The notes under the pieces are model-generated. The model saw only the letters and a program-made list of their open reading frames with translations, made no database searches and had not been told where the DNA came from. From Patescibacteria group bacterium (lineage in GTDB: Bacteria; Patescibacteriota; Patescibacteriia; GWA2-46-9): 64,000 nucleotides of DNA. Position numbers and translations under genes: made by a program. The stretch is from the NCBI GenBank assembly GCA_041660005.1, contig JBAZXG010000004.1:69720-133719 (forward strand). The letters are read 5' to 3'. Shown one piece after another: positions 1 to 9,922 of the stretch; within the stretch, counting starts at the first letter, position 1; the number at the start of each line of letters is the position of its first letter.

Positions 1-82
1 CCGTAGAAAGTATTTTGCGAGCGCGTAGAGACAAGTCTTCCAGGTTGCCTATGGGCGTCGCCACCACAAAGAGCGTGCTCAT
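1..82 (-). CDS. rsmI: 16S rRNA (cytidine1402-2'-O)-methyltransferase, N-terminal part (runs off the window)
   Basis: Minus strand from ATG at 82 reads MSTLFVVATPIGNLEDLSLRARKIL, the typical RsmI N-terminus; ATGA overlap with the trxB stop. Not in the ORF track. Confidence 0.9.
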   Translation of the reverse strand, partial: MSTLFVVATPIGNLEDLSLRARKILST

Positions 83-1005
83 GTTTTCTTTTCATCAATA
101 TACTCTTCTGCCTCCATGGCTGCCCTACACCCCATACCAGCTGCTGTTACTGCTTGTTGATACTTTCGGTCATGAACGTCTCCAGCCACAAAAACACCCG
201 GCACAGAGGTATGCACGCCGTCACTGCTCACGATGAAACCTTCACTATCAAGCGCCAGCTGTCCAACAAACGGCTGAGTGTTCGGAATATGTCCGATAGC
301 AACAAAGAGCCCGTCAATATTAATTTCCTCTGAAACTTTTGTTGCAATATCAGTAATACGAAGGCCCTTCACATTCTGTTCGCCGAGCACCTCTTCAACG
401 GCAGCATTTAAACGCAGAGTAATATTTTCGGCTGCAGCCAAGCGGTCCTGTAGTATTTGTTGCGCCCGAAGTTCCGGTCGACGGTGAATAAGAGTAACCT
501 GCTTTGCCAGCTTCGCTAAATAGAGCGCTTCCTTGGCGGCGCTATCTCCGCCACCAACAATAGCAACGTCTTTACCTTTAAAAAAATAGCCGTCACAAAC
601 CGCGCAACTAGAAACACCCTTACCAATAAGTCGCTGTTCAGAAGGTAGATTAAGCCACCGCACTGATGCACCGGTAGCCACAATAACGCTTCTAGCGCTG
701 TACTCTTGACCGCCAGCAACCAACCGCAAAGGGGTGCTGGTAAAATCAACAGACTCAACTGAGCTACTGATGAAATTTGCACCAAATCGTGCTGCTTGTG
801 CACGCATGCGATCCATAAGTTCCGGCCCCATAATACCCTCTGGAAACCCGGGGTAGTCCTCAACTTCCGAGGTTAAGGTCAACTGACCGCCCGGCTCTGG
901 TCCGCTAATCACCAGCGGCGACAGCGACGCACGACTAGCATAAATAGCTGCCGTTAACCCAGCAGGACCTGAACCAATAATGATAAGGTCTTTTGTATTG
1001 TTCAT
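79..1005 (-). CDS. trxB: Thioredoxin reductase
   Basis: GSGPAG FAD motif, CAVC redox centre, GGGDSA NADPH motif, C-terminal AGDV/QAVTAAG. Confidence 0.96.
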   Translation of the reverse strand: MNNTKDLIIIGSGPAGLTAAIYASRASLSPLVISGPEPGGQLTLTSEVEDYPGFPEGIMGPELMDRMRAQAARFGANFISSSVESVDFTSTPLRLVAGGQEYSARSVIVATGASVRWLNLPSEQRLIGKGVSSCAVCDGYFFKGKDVAIVGGGDSAAKEALYLAKLAKQVTLIHRRPELRAQQILQDRLAAAENITLRLNAAVEEVLGEQNVKGLRITDIATKVSEEINIDGLFVAIGHIPNTQPFVGQLALDSEGFIVSSDGVHTSVPGVFVAGDVHDRKYQQAVTAAGMGCRAAMEAEEYIDEKKT

Positions 1006-1008
1006 AAA

Positions 1009-2064
1009 TTAAGGACAAGTCTGGTCACTAAGGCAAAGACGACTTCCTGTGGCACTTTCGCGAAGACCAGACCGAACAAAGGAAGGATCAATAACTTCGC
1101 TGATTACCCGGTTGATAGACTCCTCGCTAAAGCCGCCGTGGAAATTCATAAACTCCTGACTGCTGCGGTACAAAGAGAGGAGGTCGTTGGCATACGTAAA
1201 GGCGATGGCATTGTCCATAAAATTAAATAACTTTATGGTTGTCAGTGAGTTTTCAACGTTAGCAATCGTAGTCCCATTTGAGATAGCAACAACAGCCAGC
1301 ATTTCACGGCGCGGTTTGCTCTCTTTATTAAGTTCGTTTATCCCATCAAACCAAGCACTAAGGAACGAAGTAATTGCTGGTCGTTTACTACTAACAACAT
1401 CTTTCCTGAACGCGATAACATCCGGGAGAAGTCCAGGTAATGCCTCCGAAGAAAACAAAAGTGTGCTACCGGATCGTCGCAAAGCCTGATCAAGGAAAGG
1501 TTGAAAGGTCGCTGCCGCATCAACCTTGCCCTGCAAAAAAGATTGTACAACATCCTGGTTGTTCTGAGGTACACCGGTAACATCGTTCATGGTTAGGCCG
1601 GCACGTCGCAAACCTTCGCGCAGTAAAAAATCTCCATAACTCCCCTCTTGGTAAGCTACCCTGCGTCCCTTGAGATCAGAAAACTGCTTCACCTCAGAAG
1701 CCGCAACTATGCCGTCGGCGCCAGCCGAATAGTCCACCCCCAGCACAATCCGCATAGGAACGTTTTGCAGCGTAAGAAGCAAAGGGTCAGAGAGAGGAAA
1801 TATTCCACCGTCCGCCTGTCCATCTTGAACTGCACGCAGAGCAGCATCGTAATCGTCACCAACATTAATAATTTTTACATTTAGGCGGTGAGTGGTAAAA
1901 AACCCGCGAGCAGCCACTGCAGAGACTAAATGCGCTGTTGGCCACGAGGTAACGACAAACCGTAAATCAACAGGTTTCCGAAACTGCTGATACGACTGCC
2001 AACCAAATACCGCAATAAGCCCAACAACAACGAGAGAGGAAAAGCTGCCAATTAAACGCATCAT
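1009..2064 (-). CDS. Membrane-anchored ABC-type substrate-binding protein (SsuA/NMT1-THI5-like)
   Basis: N-terminal TM; DYSAGADGIV, DLKGRRVA and GKVDAAATFQP motifs typical of this family. Confidence 0.8.
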   Translation of the reverse strand: MMRLIGSFSSLVVVGLIAVFGWQSYQQFRKPVDLRFVVTSWPTAHLVSAVAARGFFTTHRLNVKIINVGDDYDAALRAVQDGQADGGIFPLSDPLLLTLQNVPMRIVLGVDYSAGADGIVAASEVKQFSDLKGRRVAYQEGSYGDFLLREGLRRAGLTMNDVTGVPQNNQDVVQSFLQGKVDAAATFQPFLDQALRRSGSTLLFSSEALPGLLPDVIAFRKDVVSSKRPAITSFLSAWFDGINELNKESKPRREMLAVVAISNGTTIANVENSLTTIKLFNFMDNAIAFTYANDLLSLYRSSQEFMNFHGGFSEESINRVISEVIDPSFVRSGLRESATGSRLCLSDQTCP

Positions 2065-2075
2065 AGTAATCTGCG

Positions 2076-3716
2076 CTAAACGATATCCTCACGCTTCTCA
2101 TGAAAAAAGCCAAGCACATCTTCTGAAACAAGAAAAAAAGCCTTAATCGGAGCCTCCAAGAAATAATCGAAGAAATAAAGAAATACATTAAAACGCTGGG
2201 ACGTTAGTGAAATCCATCGCCCCACTTTAAGAATAGGCAGAGACAACAAATCAATAAATGAACTCAGCACTGTGTCTCTACGCCGTTCAACAAAAAGGTC
2301 GCGTACCGGCTGACGAATGCGCAGGGCAAAAAATGAAACAATGCTAAGGAAGAAGAGGAAAAACAGAACACCGACAAAAGTGAAACCAAGACTTTTAAGA
2401 CTAATTGTTATGAATCCAAAGGTTACTGCAAAGGCAATAATGTAAATTGAAGAAAGGGCGCTCGCGGAAACCGCTGAAGCACGGCGTGGAGCACTTAACT
2501 CTGGGAATACACGACCTGCTCCACCATACTTTACTGTTTCTAAAAGGCGCAGCACTGCCTCTGTGTTTTTCTCCTTTGGAAATTGCAGCGTCAACGTCAG
2601 GAGAAACATTAAAATTGGCGGAAAGGATAAATTGGCGATGAGTGGCGTGGTGGCAATGCTGCCATAAACAAAGGCTTCCATTGGTGCCTCAAGTAGTAAG
2701 GCCACAAGAATTTTCGTTAAGAAAATATAAATGATGGAACGAAAAGCACTCGTATAGAGTCGCCCCCGAGCAGCGCGATAGTAGCGGCCACACGTTTGGC
2801 GAACAGCGTTTTCAAAATGACCAATATCATTGAGAAACAACTCAGCATGAACAATATCATCTTTGATGACGTCGTAGAGCGCATGAAAAACGAGTGAGCG
2901 GCGACGCATGGCTCGGTATAATCGATCACTTGCCGGATGAACAATAGCGGACTCAATTTCTTTATGGAGATGCAACACTTCCGGAAAAATTCTTTCCGTA
3001 TCACTCGGCGAAAGCTGGCACCACTCTGCGAGTCGACGGTGTAAAAGTAAATAACGAATCTTCGGCAAGTCTAAAGAAAAAAGAGCGCGGTAGGCCGCTA
3101 CATACTCAAGAGTGGACCGCTCTTCGTCACTAAGACGCCAAGCACTGAGTGGTCGGTCACGATCAAGAGCAGCACGCACCAAGTTAACCAGCGCTTCTTC
3201 CTCCGGAGCAGGCAACAAATAAGCATCAAGTTCAGCTGCAGCAACACCGCGTAGCCAACGCACAATCTCTGATCGGTTATTCAAAGGTGTCCGCTCAATA
3301 ATAGAAAAAAAAGCTGCGTACCGATCAAGGATTGCCTGCACACCAGGAATCGTTGATTCGCTAATAGCATCGTTTTTTAAATACTGCGCATGAACGAGCT
3401 CAACAAGCAGTGACCTTGCTGTGCCATTAATTTCGCCCGAATTGAAGCGGCGGTTGAGAATGCGCTGGAAAGCGTGTCTTCGCAGCAGGTGATCTTCGTG
3501 ATAGTCAACACTGTAGCGTAGTCGTTCATAAAAATGGGCTGCGTGAGATACTGCACTGGAAACATGGATGACCGACTCGTCCTCGGGTATTTCAACAGCA
3601 ACCTCGTCCCGACGAAGCGCACGTATAAAATCAACGACCGGTCGCGCTAATGGCCGATCGGAAAAAGACTGCTGAGCAGCTGAATCACTAGACTTAGAGA
3701 ATGCAGATATAGGCAT
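2076..3716 (-). CDS. Conserved hypothetical membrane protein (soluble N-terminal part, ~4 C-terminal TM helices)
   Basis: 546-aa ORF co-directional with the mre operon; hydrophobic C-terminal segments. Confidence 0.7.
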   Translation of the reverse strand: MPISAFSKSSDSAAQQSFSDRPLARPVVDFIRALRRDEVAVEIPEDESVIHVSSAVSHAAHFYERLRYSVDYHEDHLLRRHAFQRILNRRFNSGEINGTARSLLVELVHAQYLKNDAISESTIPGVQAILDRYAAFFSIIERTPLNNRSEIVRWLRGVAAAELDAYLLPAPEEEALVNLVRAALDRDRPLSAWRLSDEERSTLEYVAAYRALFSLDLPKIRYLLLHRRLAEWCQLSPSDTERIFPEVLHLHKEIESAIVHPASDRLYRAMRRRSLVFHALYDVIKDDIVHAELFLNDIGHFENAVRQTCGRYYRAARGRLYTSAFRSIIYIFLTKILVALLLEAPMEAFVYGSIATTPLIANLSFPPILMFLLTLTLQFPKEKNTEAVLRLLETVKYGGAGRVFPELSAPRRASAVSASALSSIYIIAFAVTFGFITISLKSLGFTFVGVLFFLFFLSIVSFFALRIRQPVRDLFVERRRDTVLSSFIDLLSLPILKVGRWISLTSQRFNVFLYFFDYFLEAPIKAFFLVSEDVLGFFHEKREDIV

Positions 3717-3755
3717 AGCTACAGTATACGCGAATCAAGCCTGTGAATGAAATAG

Positions 3756-5666
3756 CTAAGGTTCATAACGATTCTCGGCCCACCAGCGAATAATATCGCC
3801 AGCCACTGGTACAGCATAGGTACTCCCCTCACCTGCCTCCTCTAAAAGTACCGTCACCGCAATGCGCGGCGAGTCATAAGGCGCAAACCCGGTAAACCAA
3901 GCATGCGGTTTGTGGTCTCCGCCAAGTTCTGCAGTGCCCGTTTTCCCAGCTACCTCCACGGGTAAACTGTTAAGATAACGCGCACTACCACTGGTAACTG
4001 CGGCGCGAAGTCCTGCACGTACGGCATTAATCGTTGGGTCAGATACCACATGTTCGACAACCGTTGTGTTTGGAATAGTCATTTTCGGTGACGCATCGCT
4101 ATCTAAAAACAAGTGGGGTCGATAGAGTGTTCCGCTGTTCGCAAAGACGGATAGTTCCGCAGCCATCTCAATGGGTGTTACGAGAACGTCTCCCTGACCA
4201 ATTGCAGCATGGTAGGTGTCCCCAATATACCACGGCTCATGCTTTACTTGCTCCTTCCAGGTCGGGTCTGGAATAAGGCCATTCGCTTCCCCGGGTAAAT
4301 CAATACCCGTTGGAGAACCAAGACCAAACCGGCGTGCGTAGATACCTATTTTTTCTATACCAAGACCGGCAAAATCTTGATATCCTCCTCCGATAATGTA
4401 AAAAAACGTGTTAACCGACTCAGCTAGTGCTTTAGAAAGATTCGTTAACCCGTGTCCACCCGCCTTCCAATCTGGGAAGAACCACTGACCTATCCGAACA
4501 CCACCCGTACTCAAAAAAGTTGTTTGTGGCGTAATGATCCTCTCCTCCAATGCAGCAGCAGAAATCACCGGCTTAATGATTGACCCCGAAGGATAACGGC
4601 CTTGAATGGCGCGATTAAAAAGCGGACGATCAGGATTGGTCGCTAAATCTTGGTAAGCAGTCGGCGAAAGACCAAGGGTGAACTGATCGGCGTCAAACGA
4701 CGGCTCACTCACTAAGGCCAACACTTCACCATTGCGAGGATCAAGAATAATGACCGTACCCTTTTTTACCTTGGCGCGTTCCAGACTTTTCTTCAGTGCA
4801 TTCTCTGCGACATTTTGTAAATCAGTGTCAATGGTTAACCAAACATTCGTCCCGGCCAGGGGTTCAACTTGTGCAAAATTTTTCTGTTCAGCTCCCAAGG
4901 CATCAACCTCAATTTCTTTGTACCCGTCACGACCGCGCAATGCTTTGTCATACACGAGCTCAATGCCGCTTTTGCCAGTAACATTTTCTACAGAGTAGTC
5001 CTGCCCTGAAGCCAGATCCGCATCGTTCACGTCGGCCACGTAGCCAACGACATGACTCAAACTCACGCCTGAACCGTCATCATTTGGATAGGCACGTCGT
5101 GGAGTTGTTAATACACGCACGCCTGGCAGTTGATGAGTGAGCAAATCAATCTTTAACCCCTCCTCACTAGGCACATTTGCTCGAACGACGAATGGCTCGA
5201 TGCCTAATTTTCGAGATGTAGAAAGGTCACTCCAAGACTTTTCTAGCGCATCAGCGGTAATACCGACCGGACCGGCCATGTCGTTAAAAAGTGCACGACG
5301 TTTAACGTCGTCTCTCGGCACATCAAATGGAATCAACGCAACCGACATCTGCGGGACGTTCTCTGTTAACAATCGCCCATAGCGATCATGAATGATACCC
5401 CTTGGAGCAGGAATCGTATAACGCCGAATGCGATTACCTTCCGCCAATGCTCGATAATGATTCCCTTCAAATAACTGCAGCGTGCCGGCACGGAAAAGAA
5501 TGAGTGAAAAACTGGCGAGCACCGCTACCGTCGCGACCACAATCTGACGTTTGCTGAGTGGCCGTCCAACGTACTGGGCAGAAGATGGTTTGCTGACGTA
5601 ATCAATCCAGGAAACGTCCGGCCTCCCGACCGGAATACCGGAACTAAAATCTGGGAAAGGATTCAT
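3756..5666 (-). CDS. mrdA: Penicillin-binding protein 2
   Basis: PRGIIHDRYG, SIIK (SxxK), SVN (SxN) and KTG motifs; start moved to ATG 5666 (MNPF), just after the mreD stop. Confidence 0.95.
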   Translation of the reverse strand: MNPFPDFSSGIPVGRPDVSWIDYVSKPSSAQYVGRPLSKRQIVVATVAVLASFSLILFRAGTLQLFEGNHYRALAEGNRIRRYTIPAPRGIIHDRYGRLLTENVPQMSVALIPFDVPRDDVKRRALFNDMAGPVGITADALEKSWSDLSTSRKLGIEPFVVRANVPSEEGLKIDLLTHQLPGVRVLTTPRRAYPNDDGSGVSLSHVVGYVADVNDADLASGQDYSVENVTGKSGIELVYDKALRGRDGYKEIEVDALGAEQKNFAQVEPLAGTNVWLTIDTDLQNVAENALKKSLERAKVKKGTVIILDPRNGEVLALVSEPSFDADQFTLGLSPTAYQDLATNPDRPLFNRAIQGRYPSGSIIKPVISAAALEERIITPQTTFLSTGGVRIGQWFFPDWKAGGHGLTNLSKALAESVNTFFYIIGGGYQDFAGLGIEKIGIYARRFGLGSPTGIDLPGEANGLIPDPTWKEQVKHEPWYIGDTYHAAIGQGDVLVTPIEMAAELSVFANSGTLYRPHLFLDSDASPKMTIPNTTVVEHVVSDPTINAVRAGLRAAVTSGSARYLNSLPVEVAGKTGTAELGGDHKPHAWFTGFAPYDSPRIAVTVLLEEAGEGSTYAVPVAGDIIRWWAENRYEP

Positions 5667-5668
5667 AA

Positions 5669-6163
5669 TTAAAAAGGAAGACGAAGTTGCTGGTGGTGCA
5701 TCTGCCGACGAAAAACGATCGCGATAATGGACGCCAGCAACAAACCGCCGATCCATGCCACAAAATCAATCTGATAAATAATTGCAGAGGGATTCAGACG
5801 ATCAGATAAAGTACTCACACCCCAAAAAGTAAAAAGATAAGCAGCATACGCTAGGGCGCTCGATACAATCGAAACCACAATTGACCGGTTGGTAAGCAGC
5901 AGCACCAAACCACCGTAAACAAGCACAAGCGCCAGAGAAGCAATGAGAGAAGAGGAAACGGGCTGCAAAAGCACCAAATCGCGCCATGTACCACCAAGGA
6001 GCGCAAACGCCAACGCCTGCCACCACGGAAAAACCCTCAGCACAACCAGTAACACTAACGGATAAAGCGCAATCGCAGAAAACGGAAGCGGGGCATTACC
6101 AAGCAGCGCCGATTCAATAAATGGCACAACAAAAACAAAAAAAATCAGAATGTTACGACCCAT
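5669..6163 (-). CDS. mreD: Rod shape-determining membrane protein MreD (divergent)
   Basis: 164-aa polytopic membrane protein located between mreC and mrdA. Confidence 0.7.
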   Translation of the reverse strand: MGRNILIFFVFVVPFIESALLGNAPLPFSAIALYPLVLLVVLRVFPWWQALAFALLGGTWRDLVLLQPVSSSLIASLALVLVYGGLVLLLTNRSIVVSIVSSALAYAAYLFTFWGVSTLSDRLNPSAIIYQIDFVAWIGGLLLASIIAIVFRRQMHHQQLRLPF

Positions 6164-6962
6164 AGTTCACAACAACGACGGTAACGATATCTAGTGAACC
6201 TACGGTCGCAAACGGCTCAATGGTTACCTCCTGCCACAGCTGTTCTGGCGGTGCGCTCACCGCTGTAATGCTACCAATGGGAATACCTGGCGCAAGACCC
6301 GGGAAACCAGTATTAGTAACGACAACATCTCCCTCATTAATATGCGCCTCTTTAGGAATCTGCCGCATGTTGAGCGATAAACTCTCTGGGCTCTCTAAAA
6401 CACCGAAAGCGTTGTCACTACTCGGTATCCGAGCAGGTAAATGCATTTCTCGACTACGAAGCAGACGAAAAACACTACTGGCGTCACCAACTTCGATAAC
6501 AACGCCAACCAAATTACCCTCAGGCGTTACGACGGCCGAACCCTCAGTAATTCCCTCTCGGTGCCCTCCAGCAATTCTCATGAGGTCCTGCACAGAACGT
6601 GGATCAAAACCGATTACACGAGCAGCTACGGGGGTTCCAATAGTTTGCGCAGACAACCCAGTAATAGAGCGCAGCTGCTTATTTTCTTCCTCGAGTTGTT
6701 GCAGACGTGCTCGATCGGCACCCAGGGTTGCTACCGAAATTTCTAGGGTCGCAATTTTATCTGCAGCGTCTTGCCCTAAAATAAGCCAAGAAAATGGACG
6801 GCGCGCCGCACTAACCATGATATAAAAACCTCGCTCAATGGGTAGACCAAGACGCACCAAGGATGAACTGACCCGTCGTGCGCCAGGAAACGCTTCAACA
6901 CTCAACAGCAAAGCTCCCAGAAGCAACAGAAGAGCAGAACGATGTCGCAGTCGAGGCTGCAT
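6153..6962 (-). CDS. mreC: Rod shape-determining protein MreC
   Basis: TM, coiled coil (LEEENKQLR), ARVIG, GDVVVT..G..PGIPIG; follows mreB. Confidence 0.9.
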   Translation of the reverse strand: MQPRLRHRSALLLLLGALLLSVEAFPGARRVSSSLVRLGLPIERGFYIMVSAARRPFSWLILGQDAADKIATLEISVATLGADRARLQQLEEENKQLRSITGLSAQTIGTPVAARVIGFDPRSVQDLMRIAGGHREGITEGSAVVTPEGNLVGVVIEVGDASSVFRLLRSREMHLPARIPSSDNAFGVLESPESLSLNMRQIPKEAHINEGDVVVTNTGFPGLAPGIPIGSITAVSAPPEQLWQEVTIEPFATVGSLDIVTVVVVNYGS

Positions 6963-6973
6963 GACAGCTAGCG

Positions 6974-8035
6974 CTACTTACCGTAGGGTAATTCCTGAGC
7001 AGAAGGAATAGCCACCTCTTTTAACAATTCGGGGTTGTCGAGTAAAATACCAGTTCCCCGCACAACGCAGGTCAGCGGGTCGTCCGCCACACGAACGGGA
7101 ATTTGTGTGGCTTCAGAAATAGCACGATCAATATTACGTAACAGCGCGCCTCCCCCAATAAGCACAATGCCCCGTTCATAAATATCGGCGACGAGTTCTG
7201 GAGGGGTAACTTCAAGAATGCCGCGAACATGTTCAATGATTATCTTGATAGAACGATTCATTGCTTGGCGCACTTGCGTGTCGTTAACAACGACTTCTTT
7301 CGGCAAGCCACTCACGAGATCACGGCCACGCATTGTTGTTTCTAAGGGCTCGTCGAGCGGAGCAGCTGAACCAACGGCTATTTTTATCTCTTCCGCAACA
7401 TGTTCGCCAAGGAGCAAATTAAACTGATCGCGAGCAAATTGAATGATGTTTTTATTCAACTCGTCCCCTGCCAACCGTAGTGACTTCGCGGTAACAATTC
7501 CCCCAAGAGAAATGACGACAATTTCAGTTGTACCGCCGCCAATATCTACAATCATGTTGGCCGTAGGCTCTTGTACTGAAAGGCGCGTACCAATCGCACC
7601 GGCCATTGCTTCATCGATTAAATATACTTCCCGGGCACCGCTCGCTCGCACTACATCTTCAACCGCCTTCCGCTCTACCTCAGTCACCTCTGTGGGAATG
7701 GAAACCACAACGCGTGGGCGGTTGAGTAACGAAAAGCTTTCCTGCTGCACTTTATCCATGAAATAACGAAGCATTTTTTCAGTAACCTCATAGTCAGAGA
7801 TAATGCCATCAATGAGCGGCCGCGTCGCCACAATGTGTGCTGGGGTTTTGCCGACCATTCGTTCGGCTTCGTGGCCAACGGCAACTATCTGGTCAGTTCG
7901 AATATTTATGGCAACCACTGACGGTTCGTTAATAACAATACCGCGATCTTTTACGTACACGAGCGTATTTGCCGTGCCGAGATCAATGCCAATATCTTTG
8001 GTTAAACGTCCGAGGAGTCTTGCAAAAAATTTCAT
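6974..8035 (-). CDS. mreB: Rod shape-determining actin homologue MreB
   Basis: IGIDLGTANT, NEPSVVA, DIGGGTT and GGGALL motifs. Confidence 0.97.
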   Translation of the reverse strand: MKFFARLLGRLTKDIGIDLGTANTLVYVKDRGIVINEPSVVAINIRTDQIVAVGHEAERMVGKTPAHIVATRPLIDGIISDYEVTEKMLRYFMDKVQQESFSLLNRPRVVVSIPTEVTEVERKAVEDVVRASGAREVYLIDEAMAGAIGTRLSVQEPTANMIVDIGGGTTEIVVISLGGIVTAKSLRLAGDELNKNIIQFARDQFNLLLGEHVAEEIKIAVGSAAPLDEPLETTMRGRDLVSGLPKEVVVNDTQVRQAMNRSIKIIIEHVRGILEVTPPELVADIYERGIVLIGGGALLRNIDRAISEATQIPVRVADDPLTCVVRGTGILLDNPELLKEVAIPSAQELPYGK

Positions 8036-9279
8036 AAAAGATTCTTGAGTTCACCCATAAGGTCGGGAACGAGACGAGAATCGTCAGCGCCGCGCATCTT
8101 TAACTCGACGCCCCCGGCAGCAACCGTTTTCCCGCTCACAATGACTCGAATCGGCACGCCGAGCAAATCAGCATCCTTGAATTTAATACCGGCTGAAAGT
8201 TCACGATCGTCAAACAACACTTCTACCCCATTGTCGCCAAGTAACTGGTACGTTTGCTCGGCTGCTCTCATCACCCCAGGGGACTCTCCGAGACGCAACA
8301 GATGCACTGAAAAAGGTGCAACTGTTTTTGGCCAAATGATCCCCTGGCCGTCATGATGTACTTCTGCAATTGTTCCCATCAACCTACCGAGCCCAATACC
8401 ATAGCAGCCCATGACGACGAGCTTGTCTAAACCGGTCTCGTCTTTATACATCAGCGAAAACGGCGCTGAGTACTTTGTTTTAAGGGCAAAGATATTACCC
8501 ACCTCGATTGATTTTTCTTCCACTAAATCTTTACGCTCTTTCCCGCAACTGGGACAGCTTGATTGATCAGCAATAATTTCATGATTGATAGCTATGCGAC
8601 AAGATTGACACACATAAATAGTGTCCTCGCCTGCTGGTGTTAAAGTTTGAAATTCGTGCGAATACTTAGAAAATGAACCACCCGAAGCAAACGTCAGCAG
8701 AGTAACTGCCCCAATCCCACAACGGTCAAAAATTCTCGCATAGGCCCGCTTCACTTCTTCGTAGTAACGTTCAAGATCTGCCTCGTCCCGATGAAACGAG
8801 TAGAGGTCTTTCATAATAAATTCTCGACCGCGTAGTAAGCCAGATTTTGCTCGGAGCTCCGCTCGAAACTTTGTCTGAAATTGATACAGAGCCATCGGCA
8901 AATCACGATAAGATTGAATGTCTCGTTTTACGAGCGGCGTAATAACTTCTTCATGGGTCGAACCAAGTGCGTACTCGTGACCAGCGCTGTCTTCAATTTT
9001 ATAAAGCGGATCGGCTCCGTCCCATCGCCCGGTTGTCACCCAGTTCTCTTTAGGATGAAGCGCCGGCAATAAAAGCTCTGTTGCGCCGACACTTTGCATT
9101 TCTTCTCTAATAATGCCCTCAATTTTTTTCAATACCCGATACCCGAGTGGCAAATACGAATACACACCCGCCATCAGTTTTTCTACGTAACCCGCCTGCT
9201 GCAACAGCTGAGCGTTTATGCTCTGCTCGTCGCGCGGTGCCTCACGCAATGTTTTTCCAAAAAGTTTAGACTGCAACAT
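8032..9279 (-). CDS. proS: Proline--tRNA ligase (short bacterial type without editing domain)
   Basis: THEE, FRAELRAKSGLLRGREFIMKDLYSF, MGCYGIG and anticodon-binding domain. Confidence 0.95.
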   Translation of the reverse strand: MLQSKLFGKTLREAPRDEQSINAQLLQQAGYVEKLMAGVYSYLPLGYRVLKKIEGIIREEMQSVGATELLLPALHPKENWVTTGRWDGADPLYKIEDSAGHEYALGSTHEEVITPLVKRDIQSYRDLPMALYQFQTKFRAELRAKSGLLRGREFIMKDLYSFHRDEADLERYYEEVKRAYARIFDRCGIGAVTLLTFASGGSFSKYSHEFQTLTPAGEDTIYVCQSCRIAINHEIIADQSSCPSCGKERKDLVEEKSIEVGNIFALKTKYSAPFSLMYKDETGLDKLVVMGCYGIGLGRLMGTIAEVHHDGQGIIWPKTVAPFSVHLLRLGESPGVMRAAEQTYQLLGDNGVEVLFDDRELSAGIKFKDADLLGVPIRVIVSGKTVAAGGVELKMRGADDSRLVPDLMGELKNLL

Positions 9280-9381
9280 AGTAATAAAGTCGTTTTATTG
9301 TACAAGAAAAAAATGCTGCCGTCAAAGCAGAACTTTTGTTACCTTTCTTAAAGAAAAGTTTTAAAGATTATTCTTCATTCT

Positions 9382-9405
9382 GTACCATAGTTCGAACTAT
9401 GGTAC
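9382..9405. repeat. Perfect 24-bp palindrome GTACCATAGTTCGAACTATGGTAC
   Basis: Self-complementary by direct reading. Confidence 0.9.
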
Positions 9406-9444
9406 TAAAATATTTGTTAAGATTTTTCATCAAAAGCTACATTC

Positions 9445-9892
9445 ACGTCCTCGGCCTCCGGCCTCGCGACTAGTTGGTACTTTCTTGTGCGGGCAAGAAA
9501 GTACCCAAAGAATCCCGCCCCGGGTGCTCTGGTCGGGCATTCCTTCCTCGGCAGGACGAGCAAGAGCAAACTCGCCTCACCTTATGGTTCGTCTCAAACA
9601 TGCTCTTGAACTTATTCGTCCTGCCTTCGTCCTCATTACCACGACCGGACACCAGGGGTTTAGCAGAGTGCTTAACCCCTAGGATCGGCGTAGGCAATGA
9701 CCAACAGAGAGAACTGAAACAATGGTCGTGCTGTTTGAGGAGTGGTAACGACGAGTTCACGACCATCGGTTCTCGGAGTGCAGTCATGCCACAGCCGAGT
9801 CCTCAGGGTGTCATTTTCTCGTTAGTCTTTTGGACAAGCAAAAGAGTAACAAACAGTCGCGAGGGCACAGCCCGAGGACGTTAAGAGTTAAA
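9445..9892. other. Structured non-coding element, copy 1 (MITE-like or large ncRNA; two inverted half-units, ~80-bp imperfect terminal inverted repeats)
   Basis: ACGTCCTCGG(9445)/CCGAGGACGT(9872) and CCTCGCGACT(9462)/AGTCGCGAGG(9855) pair. There are hairpins near both ends and nested internal stems; no credible ORF. Confidence 0.75.
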
Positions 9893-9922
9893 GAAAAAGA
9901 GGGGCAAATTACAGCCAAAATC

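Noticed and set aside
6220-6825. Long antisense ORFs (also 28789-29394, 45437-45982, 10040-10558)
   Set aside because: Shadow frames opposite better-supported genes.
9470-9884. ORFs 9470-9787(-), 9474-9884(+) and 9485-9682(+)
   Set aside because: They overlap the palindromic element, lack protein-like composition and have no SD; likely spurious.
9445-9892. RNase P RNA, tmRNA, 6S RNA or group I/II intron as the identity of the element
   Set aside because: No GAGGAAAGTCC, tRNA-like ends, P7 or domain V motifs were seen. Two diverged copies and a dyad architecture do not fit these single-copy RNAs.
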